Origin: a virus | Length of the DNA stretch: 64,000 nucleotides | Direction: 5' to 3' (one strand) | IMG/VR virus record: IMGVR_UViG_3300050821_013777 | Location: 32,001 to 96,000 of that record | Part shown: positions 28,147-37,600 of the stretch, one piece after another | Position numbering within the stretch: position 1 is the stretch's first letter | Layout: each line of letters opens with the position of its first letter | Program-made: the position numbers and the translations under genes | The notes under the pieces: generated by a model | The model's input: the letters and a program-made list of their open reading frames with translations, nothing else | Told to the model about the DNA's origin: nothing | The model's database searches: none

Positions 28147-28751
28147 CTGATGAAGGACTGCTAAACGCCGTAGGCACGGATCTGACTGGTAAGTCGACTG
28201 TGTTTAAGGTCGCCTCGACTGCCATCCTGTACAGCCTTGCCATTGGCGACGACACCAAGATCTGGCGCAACGCACATATCTCTCACGGTGCCGTCATTGG
28301 TGCCAACTGCATGATCGGCGAGGGCGTCCACGTCGGGCCTGGCGTCAAGATCGGCAACGGCTGCCGCATTCAGAACGGTGCGCAGCTCTTCGAGGGCGTC
28401 ACGCTCGAAGAGAACGTCTTCGTCGGCCCACACGTCGTCTTCACGAATGTGCTCGTGCCGCGGGCCTTCTCGAAGCGGGCCGGCGCCTTCGGGCAGACGC
28501 TCGTCAAGCGAGGCGCTTCGATCGGCGCGAACGCCACGATCCTGTGCGGCATCGAGATCGGTGAGTTCGCGATGGTCGGCGCCGGGTCGACGGTGACGAG
28601 ACCCGTGCGACAGCGATCGATTGTCGTCGGAAACCCTGCGCAGTTTCGCGCCGACGTCTGCGATTGTGGCGGGAAGTTGTTCCATCTTCAGTGCCCCCAG
28701 TGCCGCGCCAAGTACAGCTACGATGAGACTGGTCCGGTACGCGTGAAATGA
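28143..28751 (+). CDS. WbpD-like hexapeptide-repeat sugar N-acetyltransferase
   Basis: Left-handed beta-helix repeats, FTN, GASIGANATILCG, VGNPA, C-terminal Zn ribbon. Confidence 0.9.
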   Translation: MTDEGLLNAVGTDLTGKSTVFKVASTAILYSLAIGDDTKIWRNAHISHGAVIGANCMIGEGVHVGPGVKIGNGCRIQNGAQLFEGVTLEENVFVGPHVVFTNVLVPRAFSKRAGAFGQTLVKRGASIGANATILCGIEIGEFAMVGAGSTVTRPVRQRSIVVGNPAQFRADVCDCGGKLFHLQCPQCRAKYSYDETGPVRVK

Positions 28752-29281
28752 AGAGGCGTCGGCCGAAGTTTGTGCGGATTCCGCTGCACGGTACCCGTGG
28801 GAAGAATTCATACGCGATAATCGACGCAGCTAACTTGCTGCTAGTTGCGCCGCACCGCTGGTTCCTCTCTAAGAGCCCGACGAGCGACATGTGCTACGCG
28901 ATCCGTACTGGAATCAAGAAGGGGGGCAAATACACTACCGTGTACATGCATGCAGTAGTTCGCCCTGACCTCAAGAAGATCGACCATAGAAACAGAAATG
29001 GTCTCGACAACCGGAGGAAGAACCTTCGTCGCGCATCTGAGGGGCAGAATCAGATGAACCGAGGGTTGCCAAAGAACAACACCAGCGGATTCAAGGGCGT
29101 GTCACACGTTAAGCGAAACGGGAAGTGGCGGGCACACATTAGGCGCAGTGCTCTTTTCTATCTTGGCGACTTCCCCACAGCGCGTGAAGCTGCACTAGCT
29201 TATGACGCTGCCGCGCGCAAGCACTGTGGTCGATTCGCTCGATTCAATTTTCCTCGTCGTGGCGAACGCTCTGTGCGATGA
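28748..29281 (+). CDS. HNH-AP2 homing endonuclease
   Basis: IDHRNRNGLDNRRKNLR, NTSGFKGVS, AALAYDAAA motifs. Confidence 0.92.
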   Translation: MKRRRPKFVRIPLHGTRGKNSYAIIDAANLLLVAPHRWFLSKSPTSDMCYAIRTGIKKGGKYTTVYMHAVVRPDLKKIDHRNRNGLDNRRKNLRRASEGQNQMNRGLPKNNTSGFKGVSHVKRNGKWRAHIRRSALFYLGDFPTAREAALAYDAAARKHCGRFARFNFPRRGERSVR

Positions 29282-30081
29282 ATCCATTTCTTAGATGGGC
29301 AGGCGGTAAACGAAAACTCGTAACCGAGATCGCTCCGTGGCTCCCTTATGGTGGTCAATATCATGAATGCTTTCTAGGTAGCGGCGCACTCTTCTTTGCT
29401 CGTCGACCACTATTTGCTTTCCTGTCCGACTCAAACACACTGCTCACGAGAACGTTCGTTGCTGTCCGCCACGATGTCGATGCAGTGATCGCCGCACTCA
29501 AGATTTACGCAGCGGCTTACGCTGAGCACGGTGCTCCATTCTATACCCATGTACGTTCACACCTGAACGAGAACATGGAGGACCCTGAACTGGCTGCCAT
29601 GTTCATTTTCCTCAACAAAACAAATTTTCAAGGCATCTGGCGCGTAAACAGCAGTGGCAAGTACAACGTTCCGTCGGGCACGTTCTCGTCACCACCAACG
29701 ATCTGCGACGAGCCTACGCTGCGTGAGTGCTCGAAGGCGCTCGCCCCCGCGAGGATCATCAACTGTGATTTTCGTGAAGTCGAACGGCGCGCACAGTCGG
29801 GAGACACTGTGTACTGTGACTCGCCGTACGTTCCCGCCTCGGCGACATCCAATTTCACAGCGTACACGAAAGAGCCATTCGGGCCGGACGCGCAGAAGGC
29901 CCTGCGCGACATGGCGCTGCGGCTCAAGACTCGGGGCGTGCACGTTGTTTTGTCGAACTCCGACACGCCGATGGTGCGCGAGCTGTACGCTGGCTGGGAG
30001 CTGAAAGAGATCAGCCGCAGCGGCACGATCAGCTCGAACGCCGCGGGCCGGCAGGCGGTACAGGAGCTGCTGATTCGGTGA
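29278..30081 (+). CDS. dam: Dam-family (D12) DNA adenine methyltransferase
   Basis: FLRWAGGK, FLGSGALF, LNKTNFQG, motif IV variant YCDSPY, VLSNS. Confidence 0.88.
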   Translation: MNPFLRWAGGKRKLVTEIAPWLPYGGQYHECFLGSGALFFARRPLFAFLSDSNTLLTRTFVAVRHDVDAVIAALKIYAAAYAEHGAPFYTHVRSHLNENMEDPELAAMFIFLNKTNFQGIWRVNSSGKYNVPSGTFSSPPTICDEPTLRECSKALAPARIINCDFREVERRAQSGDTVYCDSPYVPASATSNFTAYTKEPFGPDAQKALRDMALRLKTRGVHVVLSNSDTPMVRELYAGWELKEISRSGTISSNAAGRQAVQELLIR

Positions 30082-30566
30082 GGAAGAAGCCCAAGCCGCC
30101 CCACCCAAAGCGACCGTGCGAGGTCTGCGGTCGACACATTGCCAACGTGATGAAGGAGAAGCATCGTGCGAGCCAGCTGTGCGGCGCGTACGCGCGAACA
30201 CAGAAGCTACGCCAAGCCGGCTACATCCGGTGCAAAAGCTCAGCACGGCCCATCGAGTGTGCCGGCGTTGACGTGGTCCGAGACCTGACGGTGTACACGT
30301 CTCCAGGCACAGTTGTTCGCGGGGATCCTCAGTTTCATGTCATCAAGGTCCCGTGGGCTCCGTGCTGGGCGGTACTCGTCGCCGAGGCGTGCGGGCGGCT
30401 GCCGCACCAGGAGTACAAGCGGAACCAGCTCCGTCGGAAGCTGCTAATGAGCGCCGCGTACGACGAGCCGTGGCGGCAGACGCTCGAAGCGATCTACAAG
30501 CTCGACGGTGATCAGAAGGCCATCGACGACATGGTGCACGCTGCTGTCAAGGCGTTGCCAAAGTGA
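30078..30566 (+). CDS. hypothetical protein
   Basis: GTGA coupling; CEVC motif. Confidence 0.6.
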   Translation: MRKKPKPPHPKRPCEVCGRHIANVMKEKHRASQLCGAYARTQKLRQAGYIRCKSSARPIECAGVDVVRDLTVYTSPGTVVRGDPQFHVIKVPWAPCWAVLVAEACGRLPHQEYKRNQLRRKLLMSAAYDEPWRQTLEAIYKLDGDQKAIDDMVHAAVKALPK

Positions 30567-30931
30567 CTCTGCGTCCTGGCGCCTCGGAAGTCTTTCGAAT
30601 CATCACGCCGTGCGAGCTGGCCGATGGCAAGAGGCACGTGGTGTCGCTGCGGCTTAGAGCAGACAACCGAGTCACGTTCGAGGGCACCTGCGACTGGCGA
30701 ACAGCCCAGGCTGTCGAGAAGCTCGGCGACCTCCTCACGTGCCGCCGGATGATCGAGGCGCTGAAGGTCAGCATCCGCGGCACAGCACGGGGTCTCGCAA
30801 TAGAGAGGTGCGGCTCGTGCAACATGCTGGTCATTGCGTTCGGCGATGGCCGCTGCCCTGACTGTGCTAGGCGCGGCCTGCACGACGTGCCGTTATGGTC
30901 GCGCATCCTACGCGACGGGCGCGTTCCCTAA
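30563..30931 (+). CDS. hypothetical Cys-rich protein
   Basis: GTGA coupling; CGSC and CPDC. Confidence 0.55.
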   Translation: MTLRPGASEVFRIITPCELADGKRHVVSLRLRADNRVTFEGTCDWRTAQAVEKLGDLLTCRRMIEALKVSIRGTARGLAIERCGSCNMLVIAFGDGRCPDCARRGLHDVPLWSRILRDGRVP

Positions 30932-31782
30932 CCGAAGGCTGGGTGGTTGGTGGGCAGCGTCGACGGGGTCTCGGGCTCCTCCGACTTCGGGGGCGCTGGT
31001 TGCGGCAGGTCATCGACGTAACCTTCCGGCCGCGGACCCGCACCCCACGGCATCGGCGGCGAGGAGGCTTCGGAGCGGTACTTCGGCGCCGCCAGCCGAC
31101 GTGAGAGTCGCGAGTCGGGGCGGGCGCGCTTCTTCTCGGCAGCCACCCTCCCGCGCTCCCCGCCGTGCTCGACGTGAAGGTTGCGGTCGGCGAACACGTC
31201 TGTCTCGTTGCCAGCGGCGTCGCGCACGGCCATGTAGCCGCCGTCGGTCATGGTGAACGGCGCCGTGAGCTTCCCCATCCGATCGAAGGGGGCCTGGCCG
31301 TTCGGGTCAAAGTAGCTCGGGAGCACGTAGTTCGAGACCGGAATCTGTCGCGTCTCGGTGCCGACCGTCGCATCCTGCAGATAGTGATCGCCCTCCACCG
31401 GGTCACAGCTCTCGAAGGCGACTTCGCGACCGTCGGGCATTGGCTTCCACACGGAGCAGTCCGGGTCGAGGCTCTCCTCACAGCACTCGTGCGGTCCCGA
31501 CTCGGCATTGTTCTCCGCCAGGACGCGCGCGAAGATGAGCCCCAGCTCGTCGGTGTGGTAGCCGAGCGCATCTGCCACGTCGATCACGTCCTGAACGGTC
31601 ATGACCCGGATCTCGCCGTTCGCGACTTCGTCATCCGGGATCGTGTCGTAGAGGACCACTGGCACGTAGGGGATGTCGTATGCCTTGCAGAACTCCTCGG
31701 ACTGGCGATCCCACGCCTCGACGAGAAACGCCTGCGTGACGGGGTCGATGGTGGTGGTCTGGAAGACGACGCCGATCTGCAT
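30928..31782 (-). CDS. putative zincin-like metallopeptidase
   Basis: ALGYH...PHECCEESLDP...ESCDPVE...VSNYVLPSYFDP motif series; ATG at 31782. Confidence 0.55.
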   Translation of the reverse strand: MQIGVVFQTTTIDPVTQAFLVEAWDRQSEEFCKAYDIPYVPVVLYDTIPDDEVANGEIRVMTVQDVIDVADALGYHTDELGLIFARVLAENNAESGPHECCEESLDPDCSVWKPMPDGREVAFESCDPVEGDHYLQDATVGTETRQIPVSNYVLPSYFDPNGQAPFDRMGKLTAPFTMTDGGYMAVRDAAGNETDVFADRNLHVEHGGERGRVAAEKKRARPDSRLSRRLAAPKYRSEASSPPMPWGAGPRPEGYVDDLPQPAPPKSEEPETPSTLPTNHPAFG

Positions 31783-31955
31783 CACTGCGCGCCCCCATCG
31801 TGTGGTTTCTTGCTGTCGGTCGGCGGCGGGTAGCACCCCTGCCCGTTTGGGTCCTGCGAGCAGCTCGGGCCAGGCGGTGTGCTGGTCGTGGCGTAGCAGC
31901 CGCACAGCGCGCTCAGGAGTAGCACCGCGCCGATGATGTTCGAGAGCGTGCGCAT
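31782..31955 (-). CDS. small lipoprotein (not in ORF track)
   Basis: MRTLSNIIGAVLLLSALCGC lipobox-like signal. Confidence 0.55.
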   Translation of the reverse strand: MRTLSNIIGAVLLLSALCGCYATTSTPPGPSCSQDPNGQGCYPPPTDSKKPHDGGAQ

Positions 31956-31961
31956 CACGCT

Positions 31962-32306
31962 CTAGTTCGCCGCGTGGGCCGTCAAGTATGCGTTGCCGTG
32001 CGCCAGCTCGGAGGCGACCAGCGGATCGACCTGGCTGGCGGATGGAGCGGCGTCGACTTTCTTCTGCAGCTCTGAGACGGCGAGCTGCACGGCGCAGATT
32101 ACCTCTGCAGCGCTGTACTTGGCCGCCAGAAGCGCCAGCTGCGCTTCGTAGTCGCCGGTCGCGAGGGCGGTCGTCACGGCGCCAAGGATGCTCGTGGCGG
32201 CGGCCTGACCGGCAGCGGACGAGCAGTTGTCGAAGGTGGCGACGGGACCGGTGCCGGACGTGGCGCACGCGGCGAAGAAGCAGAGGATGATGCCGTTGAG
32301 CTTCAT
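31962..32306 (-). CDS. putative lipoprotein
   Basis: MKLNGIILCFFAAC signal with Cys. Confidence 0.6.
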   Translation of the reverse strand: MKLNGIILCFFAACATSGTGPVATFDNCSSAAGQAAATSILGAVTTALATGDYEAQLALLAAKYSAAEVICAVQLAVSELQKKVDAAPSASQVDPLVASELAHGNAYLTAHAAN

Positions 32307-32346
32307 GGAGAGAATCTTGGCACGATCATGGTGCGAAGATCAAATG

Positions 32347-33093
32347 TCACGACGCGAACGTGAACGACGGATAGACCAAGTCGCTGATAAATTCCTGCCC
32401 GATAGCGGTTGGATGAATGCCCGCCGGTAACGCCGATTGGGTCATGAGACCGGAAACCACGCCAGGCATGGGCAAGTTGTTCAACGATTCCCACGTCAGT
32501 AGTGGGGTGTTTATGTCGATGTACGGTACTCCCGCCGCGCTGCACGCGGCCTGGATCAGCACGTTGAACTGGACGCATTGAATTGCGCTCGCCGCGCTCC
32601 AGGCTAGCGGTGGACTCGTCCACTGCTCACCGAAGGTGAAAATCGACAAGCAGATGACAGGGACAGCAGGATTCCATGCCTGTATTTGTGCCAGCAACGA
32701 TGCGTACGATGCGCTGAACGAACTCGGGCTGGTAACGCCGATGTCGTTCACTCCGATCAAAATGACGATCACCTGCGGGTTGTAGTTTGTGATGCGCGGT
32801 GCGACCTGGCTCGCCAGGTCGGCAACCTTGTCGCCGAAGTGCCCGCTGTTGATGGCGTAGATTTGTCCGCCGCCAGAGCTGGGCGCGACGGAGCTGAAGT
32901 TTGTGCCGACAACAGATGCCGCCCGCCCAGATACGCTGCCGGACCTAGCGCCGACGACAGGCGGTGACAATTGATCGACGAGGAGATCAGTCCCGCCGAC
33001 CTGCGACTGTGCTGAACTGAACCAGCCTTGTTGCGTGATCGAGTCTCCTGCGAATACGACAGGAGTTCCGGTTGTGACAGGGATCGCCGTCAT
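32347..33093 (-). CDS. SGNH/GDSL hydrolase (esterase)
   Basis: AGDSIT, INSGHFG, IGVND, GIHPT blocks. Confidence 0.9.
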   Translation of the reverse strand: MTAIPVTTGTPVVFAGDSITQQGWFSSAQSQVGGTDLLVDQLSPPVVGARSGSVSGRAASVVGTNFSSVAPSSGGGQIYAINSGHFGDKVADLASQVAPRITNYNPQVIVILIGVNDIGVTSPSSFSASYASLLAQIQAWNPAVPVICLSIFTFGEQWTSPPLAWSAASAIQCVQFNVLIQAACSAAGVPYIDINTPLLTWESLNNLPMPGVVSGLMTQSALPAGIHPTAIGQEFISDLVYPSFTFAS

Positions 33094-33104
33094 GGCTGCC
33101 TAAA

Positions 33105-34640
33105 TCAGCTGAGCGCGGCGGTGGCCTTCCAGGCGCCACCATCGAACACCCAAATCTTGTGCGCGCTGGTGTCGTAGACCCATGCGACCTTTCCGGTCGA
33201 GACGCCGGTGGGAACCCCTGTTGGGGTACCGGCGCAAGTCGGCATGTCGAGGAAGCCGAGCGTTGCGGTCGTCGCTAGCGCCCCGGCCGCGCCGACCTGG
33301 ACGTCGCCACCTGTGGTCTGCCCCGAAAGAATTATATTTCCGTTCGACGGGCCACCTTGTTGAATGCCGACGCCGTTGGCCCAAGCGATCACACCGCCGG
33401 TAATGAGGTTGAAGATACCGCTCGTGCTCCACTTGAGCACGCCGGTTCCAGCGTCGATCAGCCGGTGGTCGTTGGTTCCCTGGTGATACATGCCGGACGT
33501 CGGATCTCCGGCGAAGTTGACGGAGGGTACGGCCGTCGAACCGTTGGGAACTGTGAGGCCGGCCGCCTTGAGCACGTACGCGGAGATCTGCGCACCCGCG
33601 GACAGCAGCTTGATCAACCACTGCGAAACTTCGGATCCCGGCGTGTTCGTCGACAGCGACGCGATTAGCTCCAACGCCGTCACCAACGTCGCGCTGGCGT
33701 TCGGCAGCTTGAGGACGGTATCCGATCCGAACGACGGTGGACCAACCTGCAGGAACGTCAGCGGCGTCGTTCCGACAGTGATCGCGCCGGTGGTCGTGAA
33801 CATCCACTCAGACCCCGCGAAGAGCGTGCCTGAATAAACGGGAACCACAGCAGCGAGCGTCATCTGTCCGGCCGTCGCGAAGTCGGTTGTACGTGTCCAC
33901 GCCCCGCCCGTGTTCGCGGCGTAGATACCGTTTTGAGTCGGATCGGTCTGCGCTGCGGCGAGAACGCGCATGCCGTTCGTGGCAGTCACGCCGTCGATGG
34001 TGGCAGCCCCCGTCAGTGTGAGGTTGGACGTGGCGACGACAGCCGCACCGGCGAGCACGTTGGCTGTGCTGCCCTGAAACCCCTGCGCCCCTTGGGTTCC
34101 TGTACCTCCCTGAAACCCCTGTGCTCCCGTCGCACCCTGCGCACCCTGTGCCCCCGATCCGGTCGCACCTTGGAACCCCTGCGCGCCGGTGGCGCCGGTT
34201 GCACCCTGAGCCCCTTGTGCTCCACCGCCGCCACTTGAGCCACCTGCGCCGACGATGACATCGATGATGACCGTCCCGCGTGCGACGTAGTTCGAGACGT
34301 CGGCGATCACGCCGACGATCGCCACGTTCGCCGGCTGTACGTTCGTACCGGCTCCTGCAACGTTAGGCGACACGTACACAGTCTGGTTGACCGACAGTGT
34401 CAGTCCGCTCTCCATCTGCACGGAGGTTCGACCAACTGACGATACCGTGACCAGCCCTCCCGGCGCTGAAGAGCCGGACAGCACGATGCCATTCAAACCT
34501 TGAATGTTCGGGGCTGAATCGGCCTTTGCGCGCACGACGTTGTTGTTCACACCCGCTTTCAGGCGCGTGATCATGCCGGCGACCAGCGGAACGGAATCTC
34601 CGTTGTACGTGGGAGACAGTGTGACGAAATCGGTCGACAT
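33105..34640 (-). CDS. fibre/spike protein with short collagen-like tract
   Basis: GAQ/GAT/GFQ triplets; TIDGV...RVL...QTDPTQNGIY...WTR module common in phage fibres. Confidence 0.8.
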   Translation of the reverse strand: MSTDFVTLSPTYNGDSVPLVAGMITRLKAGVNNNVVRAKADSAPNIQGLNGIVLSGSSAPGGLVTVSSVGRTSVQMESGLTLSVNQTVYVSPNVAGAGTNVQPANVAIVGVIADVSNYVARGTVIIDVIVGAGGSSGGGGAQGAQGATGATGAQGFQGATGSGAQGAQGATGAQGFQGGTGTQGAQGFQGSTANVLAGAAVVATSNLTLTGAATIDGVTATNGMRVLAAAQTDPTQNGIYAANTGGAWTRTTDFATAGQMTLAAVVPVYSGTLFAGSEWMFTTTGAITVGTTPLTFLQVGPPSFGSDTVLKLPNASATLVTALELIASLSTNTPGSEVSQWLIKLLSAGAQISAYVLKAAGLTVPNGSTAVPSVNFAGDPTSGMYHQGTNDHRLIDAGTGVLKWSTSGIFNLITGGVIAWANGVGIQQGGPSNGNIILSGQTTGGDVQVGAAGALATTATLGFLDMPTCAGTPTGVPTGVSTGKVAWVYDTSAHKIWVFDGGAWKATAALS

Positions 34641-34673
34641 GGGACTCCTTTAGATGGTCGGTGACTGCACGGG

Positions 34674-37600
34674 TTATCGAATACGAAGACGAGCGGTGAA
34701 CCTCGCCGTGGCTCCGCCACCGGAAGCCAGGCTGCTGATCTGAATTCCGACGTTCTGCCCCTGGTTCACGACGAGTGGAGCGGTGTTGTGGAACGACCCT
34801 GTACTCGCGATCCCTGATACCGCTCCGGCGCTCTGCCCCACGCCATTTACACTGATCGCCGCAGACAAGGGCGTGGTGCCTGCGTAGCTCAAAACGTTGA
34901 TCCACAGCTCCATTCCAGTCGTGCTGAATGGGCATTCCCACTCCCACGCGAATCCGGACGAGACCACCGCTGCGTCTGACGTCGGAAGTAGATTGAACGA
35001 GCTGTTCGGCGGAATCGCAGCGGACCCGGATGTTCCACCGAACGACAAGTTCAACTCGAAGAAGTCGTCCTCGGTTCCGACGTTCGGACCAGCGAGCAGC
35101 ACGCGGGTGAGCCCTGCGCTATTCGAGGCGCTGAGCGCGATGCCGATTTTCAACGCCACGCCGGACGTCGGGCGATCAGCTTGTGCGAATCCTGACCGTG
35201 TCTGCGAGAGGTAAAGCGGCTGCCCTGCCGCAGCCGCGCCGTGCCCGCCGGTGAGATCGATGAGGCAGAAGGCCGCCTGCCCATATGCCGCGTGCATCGG
35301 CGCTATCTGACCGCCCTGAAGCTGCCCGACCAGCGCGCCAAGATACAGTTTCGCGTTGGCTGGCGAGTTGGCTATGGCGGATACAAGTCCGTTCTGTCCT
35401 CCGTTCATCGAAACGAGCGAAAATCGCGGAAGAGTGAATCCCAACGCGGACGCGTACGCGAGCGGATACTTACCGAAAAAGCTGGGCGTCTGAATACTCG
35501 CGACGAAACGGTCAGGCAACAGGCAGTTCTCGAACTCGTCCTCGATCCCTACTGGCCCAAGAGGAGTGGCCACGTCTGGGTACAACAGATCAGGGAAACT
35601 TTCCGCCGTATATTGCACAGCGTCGGCAAACAACACCAACGCAGTAATGAATGAATACAGACCGATGTTGCCACCCTGAACGTTCAGCACAACCTTCGAA
35701 CGCATCACCATGTTCGACGTGAGATCGAACTGCTGGAATCCGATGCTGACGCTATTGCCGTGACCGCTGATGTCGCTGATGACGGCATTCGATCCGTATC
35801 CGATCAGTTGCACCCCCGCCAGAAATGGCGGTGCCCCTCCACCAGCACCACCGGTCGCACCCGAAAAATCGGCTCCCCTGATAAACACGCTGGAACTCTT
35901 GACGTCCAGCGCGTCGATATTGGCACCTATCACAGGCGTTCCGAGAACACGGGGTCCGCGCATGAACGAAGGGCTGGAAGCGGTGATCGCGAACGCTGCA
36001 TCCTGCGCGTCGAATCCGCCGTGCCCACCGCAATCGGTGAGAACGATCCCGCTTCCGTAGTAACCGTCGGTGATGGAGCCTCGACCAGTCGTGATCGAAA
36101 CACCGAACGAGGTCACGTTGCCCGGCGGCGTGTGGTACAGCCGATTGAGATTGACGTTTCCGCTGAGTTGCGGCGTTGTGCCCACTGCGCGCAGACCGGT
36201 ACCGACAAAACGACTCAGCCCAAGCTCGTCCGTATAGGTGCTTGTGACAGTGATAGACGACGTGGACGACAGCGTTCCTGTGTTGGATGTCTGCTCGCAC
36301 GCCGCAAACTTGTCGGTACTGCCGCTCGACAAGATCTGTCCCGCTGAAATTCCAACGAACTGCACCCCGATGCCGGAGGCCCCGTACAATCCGGTTGAGA
36401 TGGACCCGACGATGACCGCCGGTTCTTGAAATCGCCCGAAATCTCCTGCGGCGATGGCGCCGGGATCGGCCCCGAAAATGATGTGCTGCGTGTCGTATGC
36501 GATGATCGGGAAAGAGGCGTTTCGCAGCGCTGGCGTGGGGGACGCAGCGTCGAACATGAAGCGCTTGCCGATCAGCGTCGGGAATCCGGGTGGCCCGTGC
36601 AGAGCCACAGGATTCCCGCTGTTGTCAGTCAGCGACCAACGAATGAACGTGCCGGCGCCCGACCACGTGTCTCCGCCTGGAGGCCCTTCGGAGCCGTCCA
36701 ACGTGAACGTGAAGGCGTCGAACACGGTCACGGTCCAGAATCCGTTGGCTGCGCCGTTCGCAAGGCGCGTCCCGTTCGTGAATCCGCGGCCTGCCACCAT
36801 GTCGCCGGTGCTCAGTCCGTGCGGCGATCCGAAAAATACCTCGATGGGTGCGCCTGCCGGGAACGCCACGCTCGCCGGTGTGAGCATGTTCGTCTGGACC
36901 GTGTATCCAAGCGTGGCCGTGTTCGCGACGGTCGTCTCGCCGAGCTGCACGAGATCCGCTGCAGAGTTCGTGAAGTCCGACCCGCGGAACAACATCGACT
37001 GGTAGCCGCTGTAACCAACGACGCTGAGATTGTCGGGCAGTAGCGTGAACGGCGCGAAGTAGCTGCCCGGTTTCATCAGACAGACGAAGATGCAGTTGTT
37101 TCCGATCCGCGGCATCGCGGCCAACAAACCCGTGATGGTTTGGAACGGCGACGCTGTGGCCGCGGTTGGAGAGCCAGCGGCGAACACGGCCGTTGCGTCG
37201 TTGCCTCCTACCGGATCGGTGGCGGCGTAGACGATGCTGCCTTCGACAGCGAATGCCGGTGGGAGGAATCCTCCGTTGCCACCCTGGAACCCTTGCGGAC
37301 CGAGGCCACCCTGCGCTCCCTGCGTGCCTGCACCGGTCGCGCCCTGGAACCCTTGACTGCCCGTCGCTCCCGGAGCACCCGTGGCACCAGTCGCGCCAGT
37401 CGCACCTGTTGCGCCCGTTGCGCCTGCTGCACCGGTTGCACCGGTCGCCCCTGGAGCCCCGGTTGCGCCTGTTGCACCTGCCGGCCCCGCAGGTCCCGCC
37501 GGTCCCTGGATGCCGCCGTGTGTGTGATCGGCACGCGCGGCCGAGGTCGATGTGCCGGCGCTGGACGTACCGGCGACGTTCGGCGGCGGCGCGGGCGGCG

